Origin: Felis catus
Lineage: Eukaryota
Reading direction: 5' to 3'
Assembly (NCBI RefSeq): GCF_018350175.1
Contig: NC_058368.1
Coordinates: 26,352,001-26,416,000, forward strand
Length of the DNA: 64,000 bases
Positions within the stretch are counted from its first letter, which is position 1. The number at the start of each line of letters is the position of its first letter. Position numbers and translations under genes: made by a program. The notes under the pieces were generated by a model. It searched no databases, was not told the origin of the DNA, and saw nothing but the letters and a program-made list of their open reading frames with translations. Below, one piece after another: positions 24,901-36,535 of this stretch.

Positions 24901-25682
24901 AAAAGGGCTTCTCGGCAGAGATGCAGATGCCGGGCCACTGAGCTCACTGTGCGGAAGCAGCCCTCGGGTCCGGAAATCACGTTTTGAGTGGTGGGGAATG
25001 GAGGAGGAAACTTGAAAGAGAGGGTCGGGCATGTATGTGTTGCAGCACTGCCCGCTCAGTGCAAATCGCTCAGCTGAGAACTGGAGGGGGCAGAGCTCGA
25101 AACCAGACCCCTGGGCACCCGAGCCACCGGGCACCACCCTGAAGACACTGATCCCGGAGGCGAGTCAGGCTCATAAATAACACAAATAAAGAGCGACAGT
25201 GCTGAAGTCCCAGGGAGAGTGTTGAGGGGAGGGAGAGATGAACTCCAGCTTGGAAGGGGAGGGAGCAGAGCTCTGATCTTGAGGAATGGGTAGGATTTTG
25301 ACAAGGTGGATGGGGAGTCGTCTGGTGATAGGAGCTCTCCTGGGGGAGCCCACAGTTATTCTAATGGAATTTCCACCTTTCCGTGGATTTCACAACCGTG
25401 AGCTGTTGGAATCTGCGTTTTCTCTGAGCCTTGGCTCCTCCGGGTCCTGCCCGTCCTCTTACCTGCCAGGCTCAGCAATTTTCTCGCCAGGGCTGCCTTG
25501 GTGTCCTGTTTCCAGTGTGCCTCCCTTTGTAGATGCTAAATAAATGTCTGCTGAATGAATGAGTGAATAGGAAAGGGTCTCTATCCTTCTGCCCCCAGAG
25601 GAATGTTTTGTAATTCTGGGATTACAGAACAGAAGGCTTAGTTACCCGTGCCTAACAGGACCCAGATCTTAGCTTCCTCCTC

Positions 25683-25750
25683 CAGGATTCTTAACCTTTT
25701 TTTCCTGTCTTGGATGCCTTAGGTGTATGGCGAACCCTTCTCAGAACAAG

Positions 25751-25784
<34 letters not shown>

Positions 25785-26200
25785 TCTTTGTCAAGGAGTG
25801 GATTACTTTTTCTTTTTTAGAACAAGGCTTAAATACTAAAATTAATTATACAGGATCGTAAAAAAGATTACGATGCAATTCTCAGAATATTTTAAAAAAT
25901 AAATTCGTGTTGCAGTAATAAATAACACGTAGCCACACGTTAAATATTAAGATCCAGCTCTCAGTAATTCCCGCGATTTCAAGGTGGCGACGACCTTAAC
26001 GGCCTTTTGAAATATGCGCAACATTCATAATGGAGCTGGAAATACTTATGATTTCTACTCATAATCCAGTCTCCACTGTAGGTGGTAGTGGCTTGTTTAT
26101 TACTGAAGAAAACGCTAAATGACACTCAGAGGTCAGGGAAGCAAGGAGGCACTCTGGTCCCTCCCCGTGCAAGGTGATGTAGCACTGAGTTCTCTTCCCG
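25683..26200 (+). mobile_element. MER119-like hAT-Charlie element
   Basis: Starts 'caggattcttaacctttttt', then 'cccttctcagaa', 'aagatccagc', 'gaaaacgctaaat...cagaggtcag'. Confidence 0.6.
25755..25818 (-). mobile_element. Tiny poly(A)-tailed retro-insertion with TSD
   Basis: T-run plus 38 nt between two copies of agaacaaggctt (25743-25754, 25819-25830). Confidence 0.8.
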
Positions 26201-28317
26201 GCTTGTGAGCGCCATTCCTCAGCTACCGTGCACCTGCGTCTCCAGCAAAGTCTTGGTCGCTGCGGGTGGGCACCTCTGAGACCGAGAGCCTGGTGGCAGA
26301 AACCACTGCGAGGAGGTGAATCATGGTGCTGGTGCTTTGGAATAATTTTGGCCCTTTGGATGCAGGTGGAAATGATTCGTCTCCGGGAAAATCACCGAAC
26401 TGAATGCTCTAGCAGGTGAGGAGGCTGCTGGGATAAGGTGGGCAGGCTACTGTGGGACACCAAGGAGGAGGCGCCTGGCTTGAGAGGTTTGAAGCGGGTT
26501 GACACTCTGAATTGCCTCCTTTTCACCTTAGGACAAGAACTCAACCAGACCCTGGGAGCTGCATAAATACCTTCGAGTTACCAGGGGTCAGATGGAGGGT
26601 GTTGTTTGTTTGTTTTCAGGCTGTGTAGTGAACCAGAAATAACAAACGCGTCGAGAAAGGTGTGCGGAAAGGCTCACCCTGCATGTGTTTTGACATTTCT
26701 GTGGGGCGGTTTGGCAGTAAGTACCCCCAACCTTAAATGCGTTGCGTCGGCTTCGGTCCAGAGGTCCCGCTGCTGGAAGTTTTTCTTAAGGAAATAACGA
26801 TTATGTTACAAGAGGTGTACAAAAATTTTGCCGATGCTTTAAACAATAGCAAAATGAAACAAGACGAAACAAAACAAACCAGAGGGAATCATTCATAATC
26901 CATTGCAAAGACAGCGAAAGCAAACGTAGCCGATCCGAGAGTATCACAGCTCGACAGCGATGGGGAAGCTGACTAGACCCCTGCCCACCCCGGGAAGTGC
27001 TGACAGGAAGTGTTCAGGCGCACTGCACCATGGGGTTTCCCCCCACACATTCTTTTCTCCACCTGCTCTTCCAGGCTCTCTAAACCTCTTGCAGGGAGCG
27101 TGGAGTATGTAGCTTAGCCAGACACATTCGCTTTTGAGGAAACATTTGGTCAATTTGTGTCTGACAGAAGGACCACCGAGGATGTTTCCAAAAAATCACT
27201 TCTCCACCAGATTAAAGTTCAGGGCAAACCCATCTCCCAGCAGTGTGAATTCAGTGAAGGCAACTTTAAAAAAAAAACAAAAAACAAAAAACAAGGCACA
27301 GCAAAGTGCTCCCAAGGGAAAGGTTTGAAGCCTGTGCCTGTCTCATCATCAGAAGCCTGAATCTCGGGGGGGGGGGGGGGGTCAGCATCAGGAGCCTCCC
27401 CCCCGGGGCCCCACCCCCACTGACAGCAGGGGCCAGTCTGACGGGGCCCACGCCAGCCTGCCACTTAGAGCAGCAGCGTGTTACTTGTGGGTCACCTAGC
27501 CTGCGCCCGGGGCTGGGACACAGGTATGGAGCAGTGAGCGTCTCGTGGGGCCCAGCGGCCCCTTCCTTCTCACCTAGAGGGGGCCGGGGGCCCAGGCAAC
27601 TCTGGGCAAGGAATCCGCATTCATTTCGCCAAAACAGCCTTCTGAAATCTGCTAACCTCAAATGTCGGAAAATCCTGACGCTTTGCTTTAGCAAAGCAAG
27701 TTTTTTCTTGCGGAGATGAGCTGCGCGTTAATTGTAACGAATGTTTATAGGACGTGCCTTTGCCCCACAAATATTTACTGAGTGCTCACGTCAGAGAGAG
27801 CAAACGTTGGTGGCTCCCTCTAGGGCGGCGGAGGGTAGGGTGGGGGAGTGGCGGGGTGGGGGGGGCGGGGCTACTGTTCACCATCCATTGGCAGATTCCG
27901 ACCACTCTTCCCAGTTTAGTTAAGGGAAGCCCTTGAGGTAAGGACGTGGTGGCTGAGGGGAGGGATTCACGTCCCGGACTGGGGTGGGGGGCTCACTGGG
28001 GGTGCTGCTGGGAAGCTGGAAGGGGTGGGGGGAGGGGTGGCAGATGTGGACAGGATGGAGTTGCTTGGGGTCGTTGGGCCCACAGGGGCCCGGGTAGAGC
28101 TGAGGGCCTTGCACAAGTGAATGCCACACTAATTGGCAGAGCTTTATGCCACTCATTCTTTCCTCACCCTACCCATCCACCTACATCCAAAGAGACCCGG
28201 ATGTAACTCCTACCTGCACTACTGAGCTATGAGGGCCTACCATAGCTCTCTCTGCCTGGAGGGGAGATGGGAAAGTAAGTCATTGTAACCCAGAAAGGGT
28301 GCTGGATGAGCATAAGT

Positions 28318-28384
28318 TAAAATGTTTTTTTTAATGTTTATTTATTTTTGAGAGAGGCAGAGACAGAGTGCAAGCGGGGGAAGA

Positions 28385-28422
<38 letters not shown>

Positions 28423-28570
28423 ACACACACACACACACACAGAATCCGAAACAGGTTCCAGGCTCTGAGCTGTCAGCACAGACCCCGATGCAGGGCTCGA
28501 ACTCACCAACTGCAAGATCATGACCTGAGCTGAAGTCGATGCTGAACCGACTGAGCCACTCAGGTGCCCC
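28318..28570 (-). mobile_element. Can-SINE with expanded (GA)n(CA)n microsatellite
   Basis: TSD tgagcataagt at 28307-28317 and 28571-28581. Confidence 0.95.
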
Positions 28571-29289
28571 TGAGCATAAGTGTAAAAGGCAGGCTTGGAG
28601 CAAAGGAGGAAACGTCCAGTCCTGGTCACTGAGGGAAGGGGAGGAGGGCATTCCAAGGAAGAAGAGTGGGTGGGAGAGCAGAGACATGTGAAACCAGACG
28701 GTCTGGCCTGGAACCGGGTCTTGCAGCCAAGGCCAGGCTGCTCGCCCCAATGGAGGCCAGCCAGCAGTGTGGCTACAGGGAGCATTGTGGTCATGCTTGG
28801 GGCCATCGAGAGCTGAGGTCAGTGGGAAGGTACTCAGATTTGCCCTTAGAACTCCTGCACTGGCACTTGTTGGGGGGGGGGGGCAGGCTGGGGGTGAGGG
28901 ACCGGGCAAGGGCTATGGTTGGCACTGGGCGTAGAGACCACTTCGGAAACTGTAGCCATGAGCAGTGACTGTGACGCTGGGAGGAAGGAGCAGACCTGAA
29001 ACTATCTAGGAATGAAGTGAACCAGTAGCAGGTGGTGGGTAAGGAAACCAAGGGACGGAGGACCAGCCATTACTGGTGCCAGCCATGCAAGCTGCCAGTT
29101 TGGAGGCAAGGAGTCGAGTTCAGCTTTGAGTTGGTTCTGGGATAACCTGGTGGGGACCCCAGTGGGCAAATGGTTGCCGGGATTTGGAGCTCAGGAGAGG
29201 GGACCTGGGGCCAGAGCTGAACTTTACGGACGGTCCTGTACCGGTAAAGGAGACCTGCTACAGTCAGGCGTTTAGGGGACTCTTAGTGC

Positions 29290-29430
29290 TACCACCTGTG
29301 ACCTTGGGCAAATTGTTTTCCTCTCAGGGCCTCAGTTTCCTCCCCTGCACAGTGTGGATTGCCGTGGTGGCTCTGTGCTCAGAACAGTGTCTGGTGCATA
29401 GAAGTGCCCAAAGTGTGTTAGTGCTTTATC
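29290..29430 (+). mobile_element. MIR
   Basis: 'ctgtgaccttgggcaaatt...cctcagtttcctc...agaacagtgtctggtgcatag'. Confidence 0.7.
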
Positions 29431-31649
29431 ATGGCTCCCCGGGGCTCCCCGGGATGTTAGTGTGTGTGTGGGGGGGGGGAAGGCTGACGAGCGGATGAGA
29501 TGGCCAGCGTGACAGTTGTGAGTGAGTGGGGACACGGGGAGGACAGCTGTGGCCCAGAGCACGTAGGGATGTTTTCTGAGTATCTGAGGCAGAACAAATC
29601 ACGGGGCTGTGGCTTAACATCTCTTAAAAACAAACGCTCACCAGCCCTTCTAAGTATATCAAACGACTTAGTTTTAGGAGCAGACCCAATTCAACATGGA
29701 CTCTTCATGTTTCCAAGTGAACAAACTGACACTACAAATACCAGGCAGAACATTTTTAAGGCGCCTGGGGACCAGAGCCTCGCCCCCAAAATGGCTATTA
29801 GCCAGCTGCGGGGAGCCACCCACCGTCTCTGAACCTGAGTTAACTCATCATGAAATGAGTTGGTCAGGTCAGAATCGTTGCTCAGCTTGCTTTAGTCTGA
29901 AAAGTGTAGTTCTAAAGGCAGCCACCTGTTAGGCTGGTTTCAGTTACTTGGTGTACTTGAGTGAAATGACAAGTCTTCTGTAAAAGCATGTACAGGTGGA
30001 GGACACAGGAGAGGCTTTGAGGAGGCAGCAGGCAGGGAACCAAAGCAGGAGGGGAGGGGCCGGTGTGGCAGAGGGCGGGGGTGGACGGTGCTCAGGTCAA
30101 GGGATCCTGCAGCCCCGGGCAGGGAGGGTGGGTCAGCGGTGGGCAGCCGGGGCTGGGACCTCCAGCTCATGAGGTGGACACGCCCACACACACCTCCCTC
30201 CGCCCCCCAATGGCAGACCCCCATCGCTGCCTCCTTGTATCTGCCATCTGTTGGGGAAGCGAGACATTGAGCAAGTCCCCAGAATGAGTGAAATGGTGCT
30301 AAGGCCATGTGGGCAAGTTCCCGAATTTCTCCCAACTTAGGTTTCCTTCTGTATAAAATGGGTGTACAAGTGTTTAACTCAGGTGGCGTTATGAGAGTAA
30401 CTGTGCTCACAGGGTAGATCTCTTTATACCTGGCGGGGCTTGCAGAGAGGCACGGAGTACAATGGAAGTTAGTAAATGAGGACACGGGGACTAAGGGAAA
30501 ACAAGATGAAGGAACGGTCGATTAATCTCCAAATCGCACATGGATGGGCCCTCTAGTTTCTAGCAGTGGGCTGCAAATTCAGTTCTGAGCTTCTAGGCTA
30601 TCTAACAAAGAAGGAAATACAAGTCTGAGCCTATGGCTTATGATTAAAACGCTTCCTCTGGCCCTTCATCGGGGAGCCTCTTCTATTCCCTCCAGCCCGG
30701 GCACCCTGGGGCACAGAGAAGCCACACCCCTCCCTTTCTTGGGCCAGTCATTTTCCCCTGCCTTCTCCTTCTTTCAGCGGGGCTCAGCTGGCCCGCCTTC
30801 CCCCATCTCCCAACTCCATTCGGGGTGGGGGGGACACTCCTGCTCACCCAGGGCATTTGGTACACAGTAGGCACTCAGAAAATACTGGAAGGATGAACAG
30901 ATTTGCACATCTTGCCCTGTCCTGAGAGCTCTGTGTCAGGCTCCCCACAATCCCTGGAAAAGGGCCACTGTAATGGTGTGGGGGACTCACAGCACAGCCC
31001 ACGGCCTGGCTCCTGGGATTGAATAAAAAGGTGATCCAGGAGAACTGGAAAGAGGTTGATGGCGTAGTGGTTCCAGCAAGACTCGCTGAGGAACGTATGC
31101 TCAGGTGATGAGTACCGAGGTAGGCGGGAGTTGCCTGAACAGGAGGGGGCAATTGTGAGTTTAAGAGGGTTTACATAACACCCGGAAAAGGCATACCGAG
31201 AAACCTGCTTTCTGTTACCACCCCTTGTAAGGCGCATCTGTAGAAGTTGGTGAGATCTGCGGAAATAAACAAAAGATCAACCCCAGAAAAGAGAAGCCAG
31301 AGAATGGTACCAACCCATAATGAATAGACTCAGGGGACATATTCGAGGGCAAAGGCCACACAGGTGAAGTGCCAGTGACAAATCTGAATCATCTGCGATG
31401 TGGACAGATGACAACAGGCAATCAGAGGCTGACACGGTGAAAGCATTCAGACCTGCCAGCCCGGGAAGACGTTGCGATGAACCTCATGGTGGATGTTCCC
31501 GGGCCCTTCAAAATCATAGCGAGCACGCCACGCCAATGTTTCACAACTAGAGACTTCCAAGGACTTTTAATAATTATACGTATACCTCATTATAGACATA
31601 TAATTGGATTCTAAGCTTCTTGGAAACGGGAGAACATGTCCTTTTCACG

Positions 31650-32060
31650 CGTTCCCCATAGTACCCGTTCCAGACTCTTCGCTTCATGCTTGCCGGTTGA
31701 ATTCGATCAGAGGAAAAGAATTGGAGAGGTGCGGTTTTCAGAGGCAGGGAAGGCGTGCTAAACTTAATGCCATAGGCTTGCCTTTCAGATAGGGTAAAAG
31801 AATTATTCACTTGAAAAAATATTCACCACCGCATGACAAAAGTGATCTGGAACCTGTGTTAAAGACGACTTAGGGGTTTTAGACAGCGATGTGTTTCACG
31901 AGTCATCGTAGTGAAATGATTTCGAGGAAGAACCTCTGGATGGATGGGCTCCATTCATGAAAATGTGTCATGGCCCAAGTCCTCCACTGGTCAAACCACA
32001 TCTGGAGTAATACGTCCTATTCTGGGCCCCCATGTCTTACATATGCGATGGGCAAACCCA
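31650..32060 (+). mobile_element. CR1/L3 LINE fragment
   Basis: 'cactggtcaaaccacatctggagtaatacgtcctattctgggcccc' matches CR1 RT region (L-V-x-P-H-L-E-Y-like). Confidence 0.6.
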
Positions 32061-33249
32061 GAATGCGTTCAGGAAATGTTGAGGAAGGAGAAGTCCCTCC
32101 AAGTTGTGAGATGTGGGAAGTAACATCCCATTTATGTTGTCATCCACCTTCTCACCCAAACTGGCACTTTGGTACGAATTCTAGACTCTTTCACTCCCCT
32201 CAATCCCTCCTGCATCCCAGCATTGCCCTCCTTCCCGCGTGTCCCCAGCTGAGCTCTGCACGCCCACCAGGTCGCCCCAGGCTCTGCCGTAGCCCCCTTC
32301 CTCCCAGGCCTGCTCACCTCCACCTGTCCTCTACATGGCTCTCAGGGTGAGCTTTCTAAAATGCACATCTGTTCGTGTCACTTCCTGCTTAACCCCCTTC
32401 ATGAATGCTCATACATTCGGCATCTGACCCAAACCCACTGTTAGAGCCTTATCCAATTTCTGCCCACTTCGCCAGCACCAGACCACAAACCCAGCCGGTC
32501 CCTCAATATGCCATCCGCTTTCTCCCCTCCACACTTTTGCACAGGCGGTTTTCTTTGCATGTTGAGCCGGGACAGAAGCTCAACTCCAACTAAAAAGGAG
32601 AAGTGATCATGTATGCAGTATATGCCCGAACATACAGTAACCCGGAACATAAACTATTTCCCGTAAAATGAGTCTCTGCCTTGCCTCCAGTTCCCCCCTA
32701 GGTTGGATATTTACACTTACTGGGGAAAGGGGAGAGATGGCACCCGACAGTTCTAATTTCACAACCTCCCAGCAACCGGAATTCAGAGGCAAGAGACAGT
32801 TTGGTCCTTAGCTGGAGATTCTCACGTAAGAGTCCGTGGGCTGAACTTTGGCCCTTCCCTGAGCCAATCACTGTGGCCAGGGGATTAAAGACTCACTCTG
32901 ATTGGTCCCTGCAGCAGAGGGGCGGAGCACCATGTCCGGGACCAACCAGGACCCTTTCTGCAGGGAGGGAAACAGAGAGGGTGGTTCCCAAGGAAGGGTG
33001 TTGGGCAGAAAGAGTGTCTTCTCCCTGGCGAGCCTTCCCTAACCCTACGCGGAGAGGCAAGTGCTTCTTGGCAGGTGCTTCCAGAAGTCCTCGTTAATAC
33101 CTCTCTGCCAGCATGGGGGTACCTGTGGGTTTTTTGGATTACATACCTGGCCATCCATGGAATATAAGTTCCTGGAGGGCAGAGATTTTGTTTGCACGGG
33201 TCATGCTCTGTCTGAACTCCATAGTCACTCTCCGCCCCCGTCACCCTGC

Positions 33250-33638
33250 TTTCCCATGTGGACTGCGTCATGGCACCCTGGGCCTGGTAGGCCAGCGCGT
33301 TCGTTGGCAGGAGATGAGAAACAGAGAGGACAGTGAGGCTGAGATGTTCATCCCTCCGGCTCCTTCCCTGCAGGATTACTGTGAACAGGCTGCCTCCCTG
33401 AACGGAAGGCGACAGCTCCTGTCAGAAAGGCCTCTCCACATGGCTTTGGGCTCTGGAAACACCTCCCTTCCCTCACCCCTTCCAGCCTTGCGATGCTGTT
33501 CACAGCCCCGGGTTCTGCACTATCTCTTTCGGTTTCCCTATATCCTGCCCACTAGATAAATAGCTCCTTTATTAAACTCTCCTCGTATTACCCAATTAGG
33601 CATGCCACCTGGTTCCTGCCGGGACCCTGCCTAACACA
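33250..33638 (+). mobile_element. ERVL-type LTR (LTR33/LTR16-like)
   Basis: 'ttttattaaactctcctc...attaccca...tgcca...ttcctgccgggaccctgcctaacaca' end. Confidence 0.55.
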
Positions 33639-34939
33639 GTGTTCTCTATTCATCTTTGTTTCTCCGGGGCCAGAACAGCGCCTTCCATGCCACGGACACT
33701 TAATAAATCCGAGGATTAAGAAATGATTCAACGTGGGCTGGATATAGGAGTGTTGAGTCCTCCGTGGAAAATGGACCCAGGGAGTAGCTTTCATTTTTTG
33801 GGGGGTGGGAGGGGGGGCCAGGATTCATATTAAGAAACATAGCTACTACTGCAGTGCTGTAGACACACGCACGTTTGAATGAGAAGTTTGGTGAAGCAAT
33901 GCCTACCTTTGCCGTGTGCAACACACTGCGATATTCTCTATTCCATTCTGTTCTGTGTCAAGTTCAAATTCCGCTTGTGGTCTGCTCAGTTGATTTCATG
34001 ACCTGAAAAATAATTCCAACCCACAGTTTAAACAGCACTGGCCCAGTGACCTTCAGCATTCCCTCCATCCCAGAGAGTCTGTGACTCCCCAACGGTAGAA
34101 TTTAAGGCATCGTGAATGAGAATGTAATAGTGTCACCGCGATGGTGCATCTAACGGGACTTGGCTTCATGGCCTTGAAAAAAAATCAAACAACATCGCCA
34201 TTCTGTCTTCAGGTTTTCGGAGAATTCTTACCCCAAGCTGGCCTTTTTTAGGTTTGGCCCAGTTTGCGGGGGAGGGCAAGTGAAAGCTCTTCAAACACGC
34301 CAGTGTGTACGAGTGATTTTAAGCATCTGTTTCATGGAAGTCAATGTCGGGGATCACTGGAGCGCTCTGGAGCGAGCCTGGAGAGGACAGCTCATCTCGA
34401 GTGCCTGTCTGAGGGTTCCTGGGCCTCTCCTCTGTGCCCTTGCTGCCAACAGTAGCTCTTCTCCTCCTCAGCAGAGGCATTTCGTAGTGCCCTGCTTATC
34501 TGTGGAGCTTGACCAAGAGGACACCCAGGCCGGCCTATGTCACGGGGGCTGGTAACGGCCAGGGCCATGCGGCCCATTTGCAATCGTCTCGCTGTTTCAA
34601 GCCCAGCCCAAGTCTGCGGCCCTCTCCACCTCAAAGACTGTAGGATTCTATTTTAAACACTGAGTTCTACGTTCTCTAAAATTGACTCTCCCTTCCCGGC
34701 TCACCATCTGTCATTCGCCTGGTATCTGAACTGTAAAGCCAAGTAGAGGAGAAGATGGTAATAGCTCTTCCTTAGCTGCGATTTAGAATCAAATCCTCGA
34801 CCCCTGTCCTCAGTCGGACATCACCTCTCGGCCAAGTTCTCGAGAGAGGTAAATACAAAAAAGACAATGCCAGGTAGGCGGGCCTGTGACCAGATGGGGC
34901 TCCAGAGTGGAGGCTTGGTGAGCTGTGCAGGCGAGCTGT

Positions 34940-35177
34940 CATTCATTTGTTTATTCGTTGTCATTCTTTCAAAAAATTCATGTCAGCAGCGCCTACAATA
35001 TGCCAGCCATGGGGGAGAGAACGGTGAGGAAAAAACAATGTCCCTGTCGTGGTGAGGCTTGTTATGTTCTGGCAGGGGAGTCCGAAAAGAAACAACTAAA
35101 TATCTGAATGCCAACACAGGAGATGGTAGTAAGTGCTATGAAGAAAGTAAATCTAGGTAAGGTGGGTGCTAGGCAGT

Positions 35178-35212
<35 letters not shown>

Positions 35213-35450
35213 CACATGCACATGGGCACATTATTTTAGTGATGTTAGTAAGGGTTCTTTGAGGATGTGACATCTGAGGAGAGAGCCTGGTGGGTCTGAG
35301 CCAGGGAGATACCTGGGGGAAAAGCGTCTGGTGAGAGGAACAGCACATGCAAAATCCTTGAGACCATGAAGAAGATTCCTTATGCCTGGTGGGAGGCGGG
35401 GGTGGAATAGAGGTAGGCCTGGGGCCTGGAACCCCAGCAGGCTGAGCAGC
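34940..35450 (-). mobile_element. L2 fragment containing a (GT)n repeat at 35176-35212
   Basis: Antisense L2 3' motifs 'tcattcatttgtttattcg', 'taagtgctatgaagaaa', 'gaggaacagcacatgcaaa'. Confidence 0.65.
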
Positions 35451-35522
35451 CTTGTCTATACTTCTCCACCACAGCCCATGCGAAACCTTGGCCACTTTTG
35501 ACCCAAAGACTCAACAATTTTT

Positions 35523-35683
35523 TTTTTGGTGTTTATTTATTTTGAGACAGAGAGAGACAGAGAGAGACAGAGAGAAGATCCCAAGCAGACTCCATGCTGT
35601 CAGCGCAGAGCCCGGCGTGGGGGCCGATCTCACAAGCTGTGACATCATGACCTGGACCGAAATCAAGAGTGGCCTGAGCCACA
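35523..35683 (-). mobile_element. Can-SINE, 5' truncated or deleted
   Basis: TSD tcaacaattttt at ~35511 and ~35684. Confidence 0.88.
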
Positions 35684-35694
35684 TCAACAATTTT

Positions 35695-36290
35695 TTAAAA
35701 CTATTGTGAGTAAAATATGCATCACATGAAATTTGCCATCTCAACCATTTTGAAGTGTACGGGTCAGTGGCATTAAATGTATTCACGTTGTTGTGAAACC
35801 ATCACTGCCATCCATCTCCAGAAATGTTGTCCGGAGAAGACACCCAATGTCTTGTGGGTGTCTTGTCTCGACACCCATTAGCCGACAACTCCCCACTCCT
35901 CCTCCCCCAGTCCCTGGCACCCACCATTCTGCTTTCTGTCGCTAGGACTCTGACTACTCTAGGTACCCCATACAAGTGCAATCATACGGTATCTGTCTTT
36001 TTGTGACTGCCTTATTTCACTTAGCGTCATGTTCTCAAGGTTCATTCATGTGGCATGTGTCAGAACGTTTCCTGCCTTCGTAAGGCTGGACAATACTCCA
36101 TTGTACGTGCAGACCATGTTTTGCTTATCAGTTCATCCACCGAAGGATACTGGGTTGCTTCCACGCGTTGGCTATTGTGAATCATGCTGCCTTGAGCACG
36201 GGTGTGCAAATATCTCATCGAGTCCCTGCTTTCCATTCTTTGGGGTATATGCCCAGAAGTGGATGAGCAATTGTAGATCACTTTTCCTTT
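35695..36290 (-). mobile_element. L1MB-like 3' end
   Basis: 'aaatttgccatctcaaccattttgaagtgtac...cttatttcacttagcgtcatgttctcaaggttcattcatg'. Confidence 0.85.
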
Positions 36291-36344
36291 GAGGTGAACA
36301 ACGGTTGTTTGTGGGTGGCATCTGAGAATTATATCACCTATTGT

Positions 36345-36535
36345 TTTTAAAGGTTATTTATTTTGAGAGAGAGAGAGAGAGAGAGAGAAAGCAAGTAGGG
36401 GAGGGGCAGAGAGAGAGAGAATCCCAAGTAGGCTCCGCACTGTCAGTGGAGAGCCTGACTTGGGGCTTGAACTCATGAAGAATCGTGAGATCATGACCTG
36501 AGCTGAAGTCAGACACTTAACTGACTGACGCCCCT
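36345..36535 (-). mobile_element. Can-SINE
   Basis: (GA)n body; degenerate TSD gaattatatcacctatt / gaattttgtcacctatt. Confidence 0.9.
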
